Shown here: positions 47,410 to 59,356 of the stretch, in pieces
Layout: every line of letters starts with the position of its first letter
Position numbering within the stretch: the first letter of the stretch is position 1
Assembly: GCA_038143065.1 (NCBI GenBank)
Contig: JAYQLI010000035.1
Span: 1,184,893 to 1,248,892 of the forward strand
Direction of reading: 5' to 3'
Origin: Rhodospirillales bacterium
Lineage (GTDB): Bacteria; Pseudomonadota; Alphaproteobacteria; Bin95
Length of the DNA: 64,000 nucleotides
Position numbers and translations under genes: made by a program
The notes under the pieces: generated by a model
Seen by the model: only the letters and a program-made list of their open reading frames with translations
Told to the model about the DNA's origin: nothing
The model's database searches: none

Positions 47410-47648
47410 CGTCGCCTCCTGACTGATAATCAGCTGAAAGCTTAGTAAACCCATACGCCAAGGGATAGATCAGAAACATGAATTAATATTTGGACGTAAA
47501 AGCCATTTCCAGGAGACTAAATTCATTTGCATTCAGAGCTTTAGCCAAATACTTTCTGGTCAGTCCTGATACAAACCAATCAACATCAGACCGATCAATC
47601 CCTGTCACTGAAGATTAAACCACACACAGAATGCTGAGGTCTAAACAT

Positions 47649-49422
47649 TCAGTCCTTTGGGCCATCAACTCGAATACCAAGCTCTCGAAGATGTCTTGCA
47701 TCAGCCGGAGCCGGGGCACCCATCATCAGGTCTTGAGCTTGTTGATTCATAGGAAATGCAATCACTTCTCTAATGTTCGGTTCATCCGCCAGCAACATGA
47801 CTATCCTGTCAATTCCTGGAGCTGAAGCACCGTGGGGCGGAGCACCCAACTTTAGAGCGTTGATCATTCCACCAAAGCGTTCGTCAACTACTTCCGGTCC
47901 ATATCCTGCGATCTCAAAAGCCTTATACATAATCTCAGGTCTATGGTTTCGTATTGCCCCAGATGACAGTTCTACGCCATTGCACACGATGTCATACTGG
48001 AAAGCTTTGATTGTGAGGGGATCCTGGCTCTCAAGAGCCTCCATTCCCCCTGCGGCATAGAAAATGGGTTGTGAGAAAACTCGATCTTCTGCGTTTTTTC
48101 GTCAAACTCAAACATTGGAAAATCGACAACCCAACAGAACCGGAAGGCACCCTGCTCTACCAAGCCAAGCTCCTCACCAATTTTAATTCTCGAACTTCCA
48201 GCAAACGAAGCAGCGTCAGCTGGCTTGTCACATATAAAAAACACAGCATCGCCATCTTCTAGGTTACAGGCCGAGCGGATCATCTCAACACGTTCGGGGC
48301 CTATGTTATTGGCAATAGGTCCAGCCCCTTCTCCATCTCTAAAGAATATGTAACCAAGACCTGGTTTACCTTGCGATTGTGCCCATGAATTCATTCGGTC
48401 ACAAAACGCTCGACTACCACCGCCGGGTCCTGGCACCGCGCGAACCACTGCCCCACTATCAACCAATCTTGCAAAAATTTTAAAACCTGAGTCTCGGAAA
48501 GCCTCTGTTACATCTTTAATTTCAATCGGGTTTCGAAGATCCGGTTTGTCTGAACCATATTTGAGCATGGCTTCTTCGAATGGAATGCGTGGAAACGGTG
48601 CAGGTGTTACAGAGCGCCCTTCTGCAAATTCTTCAAAAACTCCATTCAAAACAGGTTCTATCGTTGCAAAGACGTCTTCTTGCGTGACAAAGCTCATTTC
48701 AAAATCAAGCTGGTAAAATTCACCCGGGGATCTGTCTGCGCGGGCATCTTCATCCCTAAAACACGGTGCAATTTGAAAATAGCGATCGAAGCCAGCTACC
48801 ATTAAAAGTTGCTTGAATTGCTGAGGAGCCTGCGGCAATGCATAAAAAGATCCAGGATGCATTCGAGAGGGCACAAGAAAGTCACGTGCACCCTCGGGAC
48901 TTGCAGCCGTTAGAATAGGCGTTTGGAACTCCCGAAAACCTTGCTCAATCATTCGTCGACGAATTGAAGAAATAACATCGGAACGTAGGGCTATGTTCCG
49001 TTGCATTTTCAAGCGACGAAGATCAAGGAAGCGATAACGCAATCTTGTTTCTTCCCCGTAGTCATCATCACTGTTGACTTGGAGGGGAGATTTTTCCACA
49101 GCAGACTCGATGTGTCCTTCGCGAACTCGCAACTCAATACCCCCTGTGGGCATTGCATCGTTAATTGTATCGCTTGAACGGGTGACACACGTGCCTGTAA
49201 GCGTAATTACACTTTCAAGTCTTACATTCTCGGCTAGAGCAAATGCTTCCTCACTAACATCTCGATCGAAAACGCACTGCGTCAGACCATAATGATCTCT
49301 CAAATCTATAAAAAGCAGACCACCGTGATCACGCTTACGATGAACCCAACCCGAAAGTCGGACTATCTCATCTACGTTGGAGGGCCGTAATTCGCCGCAT
49401 GTGTGAGTACGAAAAGATGCAT
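47649..49422 (-). CDS. aspS: Aspartate--tRNA ligase (probably non-discriminating); frameshifts at ~49415 and ~48045
   Basis: [16 protein letters not shown] (His associated with ND-AspRS), [32 protein letters not shown]. Confidence 0.96.
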
Positions 49423-49565
49423 TAGAAAGACCTCTACAGGAACGCCAGGTGTTATACGGCTTTAAGAATTTTTGGCCAGGGAGGCACGCGCATTTTTAGA
49501 TAAAAAGATAGATGTACGTGTGATCGCCTCGCAATTTTATAACCTTATGCTATAAGCCGCTTTCG

Positions 49566-50744
49566 ATGACAAATAAGATTAACTTAATAGCCGATCAGTC
49601 GGCGCTCTCGGCATTCTGCAAGAATATAGCAGGATCGGAATACATCACTGTAGATACAGAATTTCTTCGTGAGTCTACATTTTGGCCAAAGCTATGCCTC
49701 GTGCAGGTTGCAACGCCAAATTATTCGGGGATTATCGACCCGTTAGCGAATAATATGGATCTGAAACCGCTGCTTGATATTATGGCCGATACTTCCGTGA
49801 AGAAGGTTTTCCATGCCGGCAGGCAGGACATGGAAATTTTTTACCGGCTAATGAAACGAACCCCAGCCCCCGTCTTTGATACACAAATCGCTGCCATGGT
49901 CTGCGGCTACGGCGATCAAATTGGATACGACAAATTAGTTGCCGCAATTACGCATCATAAAATTGACAAAGGCACCCGCTTTACCAACTGGGCAGAGCGT
50001 CCACTTTCTCAAGAGCAACTTGTTTATGCCTTATCGGACGTTACACATCTATGTAAGGTTTATGAGCACTTACAAAAAATGCTTTCATCCACTGGACGAT
50101 CCAACTGGGCATCGGAAGAGCTGCAGTCGTTGGTTGATTCAAGCACATACGAAATAGACCCGGATAACGCATGGAAGCGTTTGAAAGCTCGAACAGATAA
50201 ACCCCGTTTTCTTTCAATTCTCAAATCAGCAGCAGCCTGGCGTGAGCGAGAGTCAATGCGACGTGATCAGCCAAGAAATTGGGTGATGCGAGATGAGGCA
50301 CTACTCAACATAGCCGCCCAAGCGCCTAAGGATGCGAATGCTCTAGCGAGATGTAGAGGTCTTCCAAAAGGCTTCATCAACAGTCGCCCAGGCCAAGATC
50401 TTTTAGCTCAGGTTTCCATGGCGGCTGAATTACCAGCAAGTCAGGCACCAAAACCAGAACCACGCCGTCAGTTAGACCCAGAATTAGCGCCTACCGTAGA
50501 ATTATTAAAAGTAATTTTGAAAAGATCCGCTGAAGAACATGGTGTTGCTCAACGTCTAATTGCATCAGCCGAAGATTTGGAATCAATTGCTTCAGGCCAG
50601 GATAGCAAGGCTCTGAGTGGTTGGCGAAACGATATTTTCGGAGCTGATGCTCAAAAGCTAATTCGAGGCGAATTAGGCCTGGCAATTTCCAAGAATAAAG
50701 TGCACATCTTCAAGATTGCCTCCAATCAGGCCTTGGCAGAGTAA
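49566..50744 (+). CDS. rnd: Ribonuclease D
   Basis: VDTEFLRE, KVFHAGRQDME, FDTQIAA, HRDC domain; divergent from aspS as usual. Confidence 0.95.
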   Translation: MTNKINLIADQSALSAFCKNIAGSEYITVDTEFLRESTFWPKLCLVQVATPNYSGIIDPLANNMDLKPLLDIMADTSVKKVFHAGRQDMEIFYRLMKRTPAPVFDTQIAAMVCGYGDQIGYDKLVAAITHHKIDKGTRFTNWAERPLSQEQLVYALSDVTHLCKVYEHLQKMLSSTGRSNWASEELQSLVDSSTYEIDPDNAWKRLKARTDKPRFLSILKSAAAWRERESMRRDQPRNWVMRDEALLNIAAQAPKDANALARCRGLPKGFINSRPGQDLLAQVSMAAELPASQAPKPEPRRQLDPELAPTVELLKVILKRSAEEHGVAQRLIASAEDLESIASGQDSKALSGWRNDIFGADAQKLIRGELGLAISKNKVHIFKIASNQALAE

Positions 50745-52222
50745 TTCTCAACAATTTTGCTCTCAAGCCCCAGCGCTTCGGCAAGATGATTAAATCGCCT
50801 TGTTGCCGTCTCACCAAGCATTTCTGCCTTATCACCCACGATAAGAAACAAAGTTTCACCTGCTTGCCTCAAGTGAGTTTCATCCAGAAGACTTCTGCTT
50901 TTTTTATCGTTGGAACTTACACCTATTGCGTGCGCCAAACGGAAAGCAAACCCTAACGCAGAAGCAATTGCACGTGCCTCTGGGTTAAGCAGTTCAATTG
51001 CAGGGCCTAAACCAGATTTTATCCCATACCCATGGTATCTAGCGTAAACTACAGCGGCTAAGAATGCTCTATCTGTGTGGGTCATACCTCCAGCCGTGAG
51101 GGTTAAAGTACGGGCCGCAGCGTTGTGCCCCCGATAGTCGGGATGGTCATGGCCGGAAATATCACTCAGCCAAGCTGCAGCTTGAACCATTCGAAAATTG
51201 ACCATAGTTTCTGGGAACACATTCTTTACCCACTGAGCTATGAGGTTTCCATCAAACGGAATACGAGAGCCCACAAGTCCTAGTTTTATGCAATGGTCGA
51301 TAAGAGGGTCACTGTTACGAACATCAGATATCAAATCCTCAAAGAGCACACCTTCTCGGAGACCAAAGCCTGAAAATATTACTTTTTCAGGCAAAACCTT
51401 TTGTACAAGCGCAGACAAAAGTCTGGCTGAATAAGGTGCCATTGAACGACGTCTGCTAGAGATGGCCTTCAACTGGTTTGTTTGCTTAGGCTGAAGGTCA
51501 CCAACTTTCTTTGCAAGATTTAGTGCTTCGGCAAAGCCTATTTCATATTGATGAATTATCTTGATGGGGTGCTTCTTCTGCTCGAAATGATATTTTGCTA
51601 GAGAGCGCCAAGCGCCACCTACCAAATAAAGTGCGCGTTTCGATGCGATGCCATCGGCAATTGCAGACATTGATCGGCCTATTTGCACGTATTCCTCTGG
51701 CCCTCCAACTATCTGTCCCAAAGCAAGCGGACCGATTGGCAAAGATTGCGCTGAACACACCTGGTCACCTCTTATATCAGCAATCTCAAGACTGCCGCCG
51801 CCTAGATCACCCATGACGCCATCGGCATTCGGAATACCTGAGATAACACCAAGTGCTGATAAGTGCGCTTCTTGTTCACCCGATAGAACTTCTATTTCTT
51901 GGCCCAACGCTTTTTCAGCATTTTCAATAAAAACAATACTGTCCGATGCATCCCGTACCGCTGCGGTTGCAACAGCACGAAGACTTGTTACGCACAAATC
52001 ATCGGCAACTTTTCGAAAGCGCTTCAAAGCCAACAACGCCGAGCTACTACCCTCAGGATCAAGACATCCTGTTGAAAGCAAATTACGACCTAACCCACTC
52101 ATTGCTTTCTCATTGTAAAGAGGAGCTAAACAACGCTGTGCACCATCAAAAATAACCATGCGCACAGAATTAGAACCAATATCCACAACTGCGGGGCGAG
52201 AAAGAATCCGTGAAATAGCCAA
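50726..52222 (-). CDS. ppx: Exopolyphosphatase, Ppx/GppA family
   Basis: VVDIGSNSVR, ATAAVRDA, DLGGGSLE, GLREG; follows ppk. Confidence 0.92.
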   Translation of the reverse strand: MAISRILSRPAVVDIGSNSVRMVIFDGAQRCLAPLYNEKAMSGLGRNLLSTGCLDPEGSSSALLALKRFRKVADDLCVTSLRAVATAAVRDASDSIVFIENAEKALGQEIEVLSGEQEAHLSALGVISGIPNADGVMGDLGGGSLEIADIRGDQVCSAQSLPIGPLALGQIVGGPEEYVQIGRSMSAIADGIASKRALYLVGGAWRSLAKYHFEQKKHPIKIIHQYEIGFAEALNLAKKVGDLQPKQTNQLKAISSRRRSMAPYSARLLSALVQKVLPEKVIFSGFGLREGVLFEDLISDVRNSDPLIDHCIKLGLVGSRIPFDGNLIAQWVKNVFPETMVNFRMVQAAAWLSDISGHDHPDYRGHNAAARTLTLTAGGMTHTDRAFLAAVVYARYHGYGIKSGLGPAIELLNPEARAIASALGFAFRLAHAIGVSSNDKKSRSLLDETHLRQAGETLFLIVGDKAEMLGETATRRFNHLAEALGLESKIVENYSAKA

Positions 52223-52238
52223 CGTTCCTAAATCTCAC

Positions 52239-54367
52239 TCAAGGCTTTACGAGCTGAAGGTCAGGAGTTTCTGTAGGTTTAAGCGCACTACCACGACCGG
52301 ACAAACTTGGGTTCAACATAAAATACTCATGCGCACTAAAAGGCTTAGGTTTTTCCTTAAACCGAGAATAAGTCCCATCCGAATTAAGCCTCCAACTCTG
52401 ACTGTCATCCAGAAGATTTGCTATTAAAATCTGCTCAACAATCTGCCTTCGAACAGTTGAATTTTCGATTGGAACAAGTGTCTCCACGCGCCTATAAAGG
52501 TTACGAGGCATCCAGTCAGCCGAAGAAATAAAAACTTTTGCAGCTTCTGATGGCAAACCGCCACCATTGCCAAAGCAGATCATCCGGGCGTGCTCTAAGA
52601 ACCGGCCCACTAATGATTTTACAGATATATTTTCCGAAAGACCTTTCACCCCAGGGCGGAGACAGCAAATACCGCGAACAATCAATTGAATTTGGACACC
52701 TGCTGCCGAGGCGGCGTAAAGTGCATCAATAATTGTTGGATCAACAAGCGAATTAAGTTTTGCCCAGATAGCCGCAGGCTGCCCAGCTTGGGCATAGGTT
52801 ATCTCTTTATTAATTAGATCCAGTAATGATTGCTGCATCGTATCCGGGGAATAAATCAGCTTAGCCATATCCCCAGGTTTTGCGTAACCCGTGATATAGT
52901 TAAAGAGAAGATTGGCATCTCGAGTAAGACCAGGGTCACAAGTGAAAAATGAGAGATCGGTGTAAGTACGAGCGGTTATGGGGTGATAATTCCCTGTTCC
53001 AAAATGGGCGTAACAACGCAATTCCTTAGGCTCCTGCCGCACGATCAGGCTCACCTTGGCATGCGTTTTGAGCTTCATAAAACCATAAACCACTTGCACA
53101 CCAGCTCGCTCTAAATCGCGTGCCAGTAAAATATTATTAGCCTCATCAAAACGAGCCTTTAATTCAACTAGAGCGGTGACACTTTTCCCAGCTTCCGCCG
53201 CCTCAATAAGAGCTTGCACAATCGGACTGTCAGGTGTTGTTCTGTATAGTGTTTGCTTGATTGCCATCACAGCAGGGTCTTGAGCCGCTTGCCGTAGAAA
53301 TTGAACAACAACATCAAAGCTTTAGTAGGGATGGTGAACAACTATATCCTTAGCTTGAATAGCTGCGCAACAATCACCGCCAAAGTCACGAATACGCTCT
53401 GGGAAACGGGCCTGGAATGGCTCAAACAATAGATCTTTGCGAATATCATCGATAAGTTCCGAAATATCGCTAAGCCCAACCATGCCTTCCATAAAAACAA
53501 CTTCGTTTATTCCGACATCAGCCTCTCTCGCAAGCTCTGCTGCTAGAGCTAGAGGAATACCCGCATCACAAGACAAACGAACTACATGGCCGCGCCGACG
53601 TCGCTTTAAGGCACTCTCAAATAGGTGAACAAGATCCTCTGCTTCTTCGTCAATCTCGAGTTCGCTATCTCGAAGTATACGAAAGCAACCGCCCCTTCTA
53701 CATCGAAGCCCGGGAACAGCCTGTCGGTAAACATACCCGCAACGTGTTCAATCGCTATTGCACGAATTTTTTGACCTGGCAGGCGGATAAAACGTGGCAG
53801 TCGATTGGGGAAAGGCAAGATAGCTGTTACTCGTTCCCCGTCACTCTGGCGCTTCAACTTCAGGGCAAGACCATATCCGTTATTAGGAACGAATGGGAAA
53901 GGGTGTGCTGGATCAACAGCAAGGGGGGTCAGTACTGGAAAAATTTTATGATCAAATTGCTCATCTAAGAATTTCTGGTCCTGCAAGTTCAGGTCGGTTG
54001 GCATAAGTACATGCACATCAGCCAATTTTAACTCTGCTTGCATTTCATTCCATCGAGACTGTTGATTTTCCAAAAGGCGCCTTGCCCGGACATCAATTGC
54101 GGCAAGCTGTTCTTTTGGACTCATCCCATCGGCAGATAGTGTTGTAACTCCGGCGTCTACCTGCCCTTTTAATCCTGCTACTCGAACCATGTAGAATTCG
54201 TCGAGATTGATTGCTGAAATTGAAAGAAAACGAAGTTGTTCAAAAAGTGGGTGGGAACGATTAGATGCTTCTTCGAAGACTCTCTCGTTGAAAGCCAACC
54301 AAGACAGTTCCCTGTTTATCAACCTCACTTCAGGAGATTCTAGGTTTTCAGTTGAAATTTCTATCAT
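52239..54367 (-). CDS. ppk1: Polyphosphate kinase 1; frameshift at ~53680 and in-frame TAA at 53322
   Basis: [28 protein letters not shown][*][31 protein letters not shown]. Confidence 0.95.
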
Positions 54368-54440
54368 ATCGATCTGGTCGCAGGGTTCTTATCTTCCAAT
54401 TTTAAGAACAAAGCATGTTCCTTACTTTGCCTTCTCAGAA

Positions 54441-55223
54441 TCAAATATTTCCTGGAAATGCGCCTCCGTCCATCAAAACATTCTGTGCCGTCATGAAGCC
54501 CACGTGGTTACTGCATAAGAATGCACACACGGCTCCAAACTCCTCCGGAGTTCCAAAACGTTTTGCTGGGTTTTTTCCAACACGTGCAGCGTAAACATCT
54601 TCATATGCCTCGCCTGCTCGATCTGCTGCGAAACGCATATTGCCGGTTAGGCGGTCAGTCTCGAATGGCCCTGGGAGCAAATTATTAATCACCACATTAT
54701 GCTGAATTAGCTCGCGGCTTATAGTTGAGGCAAAACCAGTCAAAGCCATTCGGGCTGCCGTAGACAGTCCAAGGTTCTCCACGGGCATCTTTACGCTAGC
54801 GCTCGTTATATTGACGATCCTTCCAAAATTACGAGCAACCATCTGATCCACAACCTTAGTAATCATATCTGCATGCCCGAGAAGCTGAGCCTCTAATGCA
54901 GACAGCCAACGCTCTCGGGTATCAGTTCGAAAATTCCCTGGCGCTGGCCCCCCAGCATTAGTTACCAGAATATCTATCTGAGGAGACATTTTGATGAGAG
55001 CTTCCCTTATTTCGATCTGGGTAATGTCACCTGCGAGAGTAAGGACTTGTCTTTCTGGATTGTCTGTTCTGATTTTATCGGCTGTCTCTTCTAACGTTTC
55101 TTTTCCACGAGCATTGAGCACAAGATTAACACCTTCTGCCGCTAGTGCCGCCGCAGACCCCTTACCAAGTCCTTTTGAGGCTGCTTCCACGATTGCCCAT
55201 CTACCTTTGATGCCAAGATCCAC
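54441..55223 (-). CDS. Short-chain dehydrogenase/reductase (atypical 3-oxoacyl-reductase-like)
   Basis: MDLGIKGRWAIVEAASKGLG, LVTNAGGP, INNLLPGPFETDR. Confidence 0.88.
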   Translation of the reverse strand: MDLGIKGRWAIVEAASKGLGKGSAAALAAEGVNLVLNARGKETLEETADKIRTDNPERQVLTLAGDITQIEIREALIKMSPQIDILVTNAGGPAPGNFRTDTRERWLSALEAQLLGHADMITKVVDQMVARNFGRIVNITSASVKMPVENLGLSTAARMALTGFASTISRELIQHNVVINNLLPGPFETDRLTGNMRFAADRAGEAYEDVYAARVGKNPAKRFGTPEEFGAVCAFLCSNHVGFMTAQNVLMDGGAFPGNI

Positions 55224-55227
55224 GACG

Positions 55228-55917
55228 CTACTCCTGAAGTAAAAGGTCTTTCTGCATTTCCACTAGCACAGAACGCGCAAGTGGGATTGTGATACCAGAA
55301 CGTCTAGCAAGAGCTGCCCTATCTAATCGGGCTGACAATTCCCTGGCCGTTGCAAAACTTCGCTCTGCTCTCAACAACAAGTAATTGATAGTTGCTTTAT
55401 CAATAACTAACTGGCGATCGGCAAGTTGCTTAGCGAGGACTGCAGCGAACAGACCGTCATCTGGAGGGAGAACCTCCGAACTTCGTAAGGCCCGAAGGCG
55501 CGACGCAAGATCAGGTAAAGCTACTGACCAACGAGCCGGAGCATCACGGGAAACAAGCAATAGACCACCCCTGGTCTCACGCGAGAAATTCAATAAATGA
55601 AAGAGCTTAGTTTCTTGAGCCGCCGGCAATTTTTCGATGCCTAAGTCCAAAACAATTTTAAACTTTCGGCTGCAACCAAAATCTAAAGCTTCAAGGCCAT
55701 TTAAATCTATAACTTCAGCTCCTGCACGCCGCGCCCAGATCTGAGCTAGATGCGTCTTTCCTGCCCCCTCTAATCCCCAAATGCATGCCGCATAATTTGG
55801 CCAATTCTCAGAGTCATCCAGAAGGTCACGGGCGGCTTCATTGCAAACTGCGTGGAGAAAATCCGCCTCTACATAAGTAGGTTGATGGGGCAGCTCGAGC
55901 GGATACTGCTTATTCAA
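55228..55917 (-). CDS. hdaA: DnaA regulatory inactivator Hda/HdaA
   Basis: Clamp-binding-like QYPL, GLEGAGKTHL, LFHLLN, LPDLASRL, PPDDGL. Confidence 0.85.
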   Translation of the reverse strand: MNKQYPLELPHQPTYVEADFLHAVCNEAARDLLDDSENWPNYAACIWGLEGAGKTHLAQIWARRAGAEVIDLNGLEALDFGCSRKFKIVLDLGIEKLPAAQETKLFHLLNFSRETRGGLLLVSRDAPARWSVALPDLASRLRALRSSEVLPPDDGLFAAVLAKQLADRQLVIDKATINYLLLRAERSFATARELSARLDRAALARRSGITIPLARSVLVEMQKDLLLQE

Positions 55918-57035
55918 GCCAGGTCTCCGTTTTCGTGATGATTATCGTCCTCTCCGTGATAAATCTGGCTTTTTCGATATTCTGCAACAGCAAAACGCAG
56001 GAGAACTCCGACAGCTGCGGCCACTGGTAAGGCAAGTAACATCCCCAAAAAACCAAGGAGAGCCCCTCCAGCAAAGAGAGAAAAAATCACCCAAACCGGG
56101 TGCAGTCCGATCCGATCTCCGACCAGCTTTGGGGTCAACACATTGCCTTCAAGCAATTGACCGACGACAAAAATTAAAGCGACAGCTCCGATATCCCAGT
56201 TACTGTCAAATTGGATTAGCGCAAGCCCTACACTAGCAACCAGACCAAAAATTGAGCCTACATAAGGGATAAAGGCCAAAACTCCTGAGATAATGCCAAC
56301 AATAAAGCCAAACTGCAGACCTGTTAGAGTTAATCCAATCCCGTAAAAGAGCCCCAGAAGCAGACACACAGTTGCTTGACCGCGCACGAACCCCGCCAAT
56401 GTTTTATCAATTAATGAAGCTTGCTGACGAACGGGAGTTAATATTTTCTAGGCACCAGGTCGTCTAACCATCGAATTAAGCGATCCCAATCCCTGAGCAA
56501 GTAAAATGCAACGATGGGAGTGACAAAGATAAAAGTTGAGATGTTAACCAGAGCTACACCACCACTGAAAATTTTCTGGATCAAGCCTCCAAAAATCTCA
56601 ACTCCTTTTCCAACCTGGCCTCCCACTGCATCACGAATTCTTTGAACATCATTTTCGCCCAGAGTTTCTGAAGCAAAAATTAAAAGCGAGTCTAATTGTC
56701 CCTCAACTTTTTCCGCATAAGTCGGCAACGCTTCAGCAGCAGCCTTAAACTGTGTTTGCACTAGAGGGAACGCCAGAACAATGATCATGAGAAAAAGAAA
56801 AGCAAACGCAATCAACACTATGGTTGCAGCTGCCCAATCGAGGGACCTTTTTATGCTCCAACCAATCCGCACAGGGGTCTAAAAAGTACGCTACTGCCAA
56901 ACCAACAACAAAGGGCAATAAAACTTCTCTAAATAAGCCAATAAAAAGAATGATACCGCAAACAATAAGTATCCAGGCAGTGAGTTTTCGCCACCCAGGC
57001 ATCACTTTTTTTTCCAGTTTATCACCTGCAGTCAT
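55914..57035 (-). CDS. AI-2E (PerM) family transporter; frameshifted
   Basis: LLPFVVGLAVAYFLDP, FYLLRDW, GFVRGQ, FIPYVG, PKLVGDRIGLHP over three frames. Confidence 0.9.
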
Positions 57036-57044
57036 TGGCAAACC

Positions 57045-58162
57045 TTACCTCTTTGAACGCTTAGGTGCTGCGATGAGCACCCACTGTACTTGGTCACCAG
57101 GACCGGATGGCACAAGGTCCATATTTTGTTCAGCAATATTAGCTCTAACCTCCTCAGGTGTGCCATCAAAGTAAATACGAAAACGGGCTCGGTCTTTGGA
57201 AAGGCTCACGAGTTCATGTCGTGTCACACTAGAAGAAGCATCCAATCTAAGCCGCACATCTCCAAATTCAGAAAGGCTTTTCAGTTCGAAAAATCTGCAA
57301 GTAGGACACTTTTTTTTGCAGAGTTTAAGCTGGAGGATTTCTGCTTCCAGACCGCATCAAGTTCATTCATCACGGCGAAAGCCGCCTCTTTACACAAAGC
57401 CTCCAATGAAGAACCAGCAGCGCCAGTTTTTACATACTTAAACCGCCCTAGATCAGGACCACCACCAAGAATTTCTGCAGCTACTTCAAGAACAGGATTA
57501 CCTGTTTCGAAATCAACACGGTAGTTTGCCTGAGCGAGCAATACACCAGCTGCGCCATAGCGGGCCGAGATTGCTTTGAGCCTTTGCGAGTTTTGGTTAA
57601 CGGCTTGATAAGGAGATAAAGATCCAACATCCACCAAATCACCCTTTGGGTTCATCACCGGGGTGAGGCCATCGTATGTATCCAGAAATGCCCAAGCAGT
57701 GCGCCATGGATTGTTTTGTTGCCATAGCGATAAAGCACCAGCCCATGCCAAAACCGGAACCACGATGACACTTGGCGCTTGTTTATCTGTAAATTGGATA
57801 CGGTACTCTTGAAAAAAATTGCTTATTCGTTCGGGTACAAATGAGATTGTTATTTTTGCTGCGTAGCGAGTTTCAGATGTAACTTCGTCGTCGATCTTAA
57901 ATCCAGCAGTGTGATCTGCAGCAACCAGATAGGTGATTTCCGGAAAATCTGCCGACTTGTCAGAAACCGACAGGCGTTTGAATAAGCGTTCAAAGGCTTC
58001 AACGTGAGCACTTTCTATTGCTTCCTTCCTCGCTATCGCAGAAGTTTCTCTCGTTAAATCAACAACTATGCCGGATACAGTGTATGGATCCGCCGCTTCT
58101 GCCGAGCGCGTGAAGCTATTTGCCACTAGCACCAAAAACAAGACGGTAGCTAAAGATCGCAT
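57045..58162 (-). CDS. DUF2066-like exported protein; frameshift at ~57285
   Basis: Signal peptide MRSLATVLF...AEA, YTVSGIVVD, NPWRTAW; conserved position divergent from purM. Confidence 0.7.
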
Positions 58163-58279
58163 ACCCTTCTCCCAAAAATATCTCACAAAAACGTAAACAA
58201 CCGTCGTTGCGCGAAACTGCCTCGAGGGGTATTGCCTCACTGAAGGCAGCAGTTCTTTATAAGACAAGATATAATCGGA

Positions 58280-59356
58280 ATGAATATGACTCAGAACAGC
58301 AATGACGCATATAAGCAAGCTGGAGTTGACATCGCTGCAGGCGACGCTCTTGTGGCGCGGATTGCTCCAGCCGCAAAAGCAACAGCCCGAGCAGGTGCTG
58401 GTGCTGCGCTAGGAGGGTTTGGGGCAGCATTTGATCTTAAAGCAGCAGGCTACTCCGATCCTATATTAGTAGCGGCAACAGATGGGGTTGGAACAAAACT
58501 TCTTATTGCAGAAACAGTTGGAGATCACACTGGTATCGGCACAGATCTGGTGGCGATGTGTGTGAATGACTTAGCAACGCAAGGAGCAGAACCCTTATTT
58601 TTCTTGGATTACTTTGCAACGGGCAAGCTAGACATAGACCAAGCTTCTGAAGTCATCGAAGGTATTGCTGCCGGATGTAAGCTCGCGGGCTGCGCATTAA
58701 TTGGTGGCGAAACCGCAGAAATGCCAGGCGTTTACCCAGTGGGCCGATATGATCTTGCTGGATTTGCAGTGGGTGCAGTAGAGCGTGGCGGTTTTCTAGA
58801 CGGAACCTTGGTCCAAGAAGGTGACGTTGTTATAGCAATTCCCTCAAGCGGAATTCATTCTAACGGGTATTCTCTAGTGCGCCGCGTCGTTGAAAGTTCA
58901 GGCGTAAGTTACGATGCCCCAGCGCCGTTTGCACCAAATAGGAAACTGGGTGCAGTACTACTAGAACCAACGAGGATATACGCCCGTGAGGCGGTAGAAC
59001 TTGCGCGTAATGGTCTTGCTCACGGAATGGCTCACATCACAGGCGGGGGGTTAATTGAAAACCCACCCCGCGCTTTCTCCAAGGCTCTTGCTATGGAATT
59101 TGACCTCAGCGCACTTCCAGAAGATCCACTTTTTCCGTGGCTAGCCAAATTAGGAAATATCTCGAGTTGGGATATGGCACGGACCTTCAACTGCGGCTCC
59201 GGACTTTTGGTCTATACAGCAAAAGATAAAGTCGATGCAGCGCTAGACCTACTGTCTAGCATTGGCACTAAAGATGCTGTGATTGCAGGTAAGATTTTTT
59301 CAAGAAATGACGGCCCGGCTGTCCATCTTGAAGGTATAGATCGGTTCCAGAAATGA
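58280..59356 (+). CDS. purM: Phosphoribosylformylglycinamidine cyclo-ligase
   Basis: YKQAGVDI, TDGVGTK, FFLDY, GGETAEMPG, SSGIHSNGYS, HITGGG. Confidence 0.97.
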   Translation: MNMTQNSNDAYKQAGVDIAAGDALVARIAPAAKATARAGAGAALGGFGAAFDLKAAGYSDPILVAATDGVGTKLLIAETVGDHTGIGTDLVAMCVNDLATQGAEPLFFLDYFATGKLDIDQASEVIEGIAAGCKLAGCALIGGETAEMPGVYPVGRYDLAGFAVGAVERGGFLDGTLVQEGDVVIAIPSSGIHSNGYSLVRRVVESSGVSYDAPAPFAPNRKLGAVLLEPTRIYAREAVELARNGLAHGMAHITGGGLIENPPRAFSKALAMEFDLSALPEDPLFPWLAKLGNISSWDMARTFNCGSGLLVYTAKDKVDAALDLLSSIGTKDAVIAGKIFSRNDGPAVHLEGIDRFQK

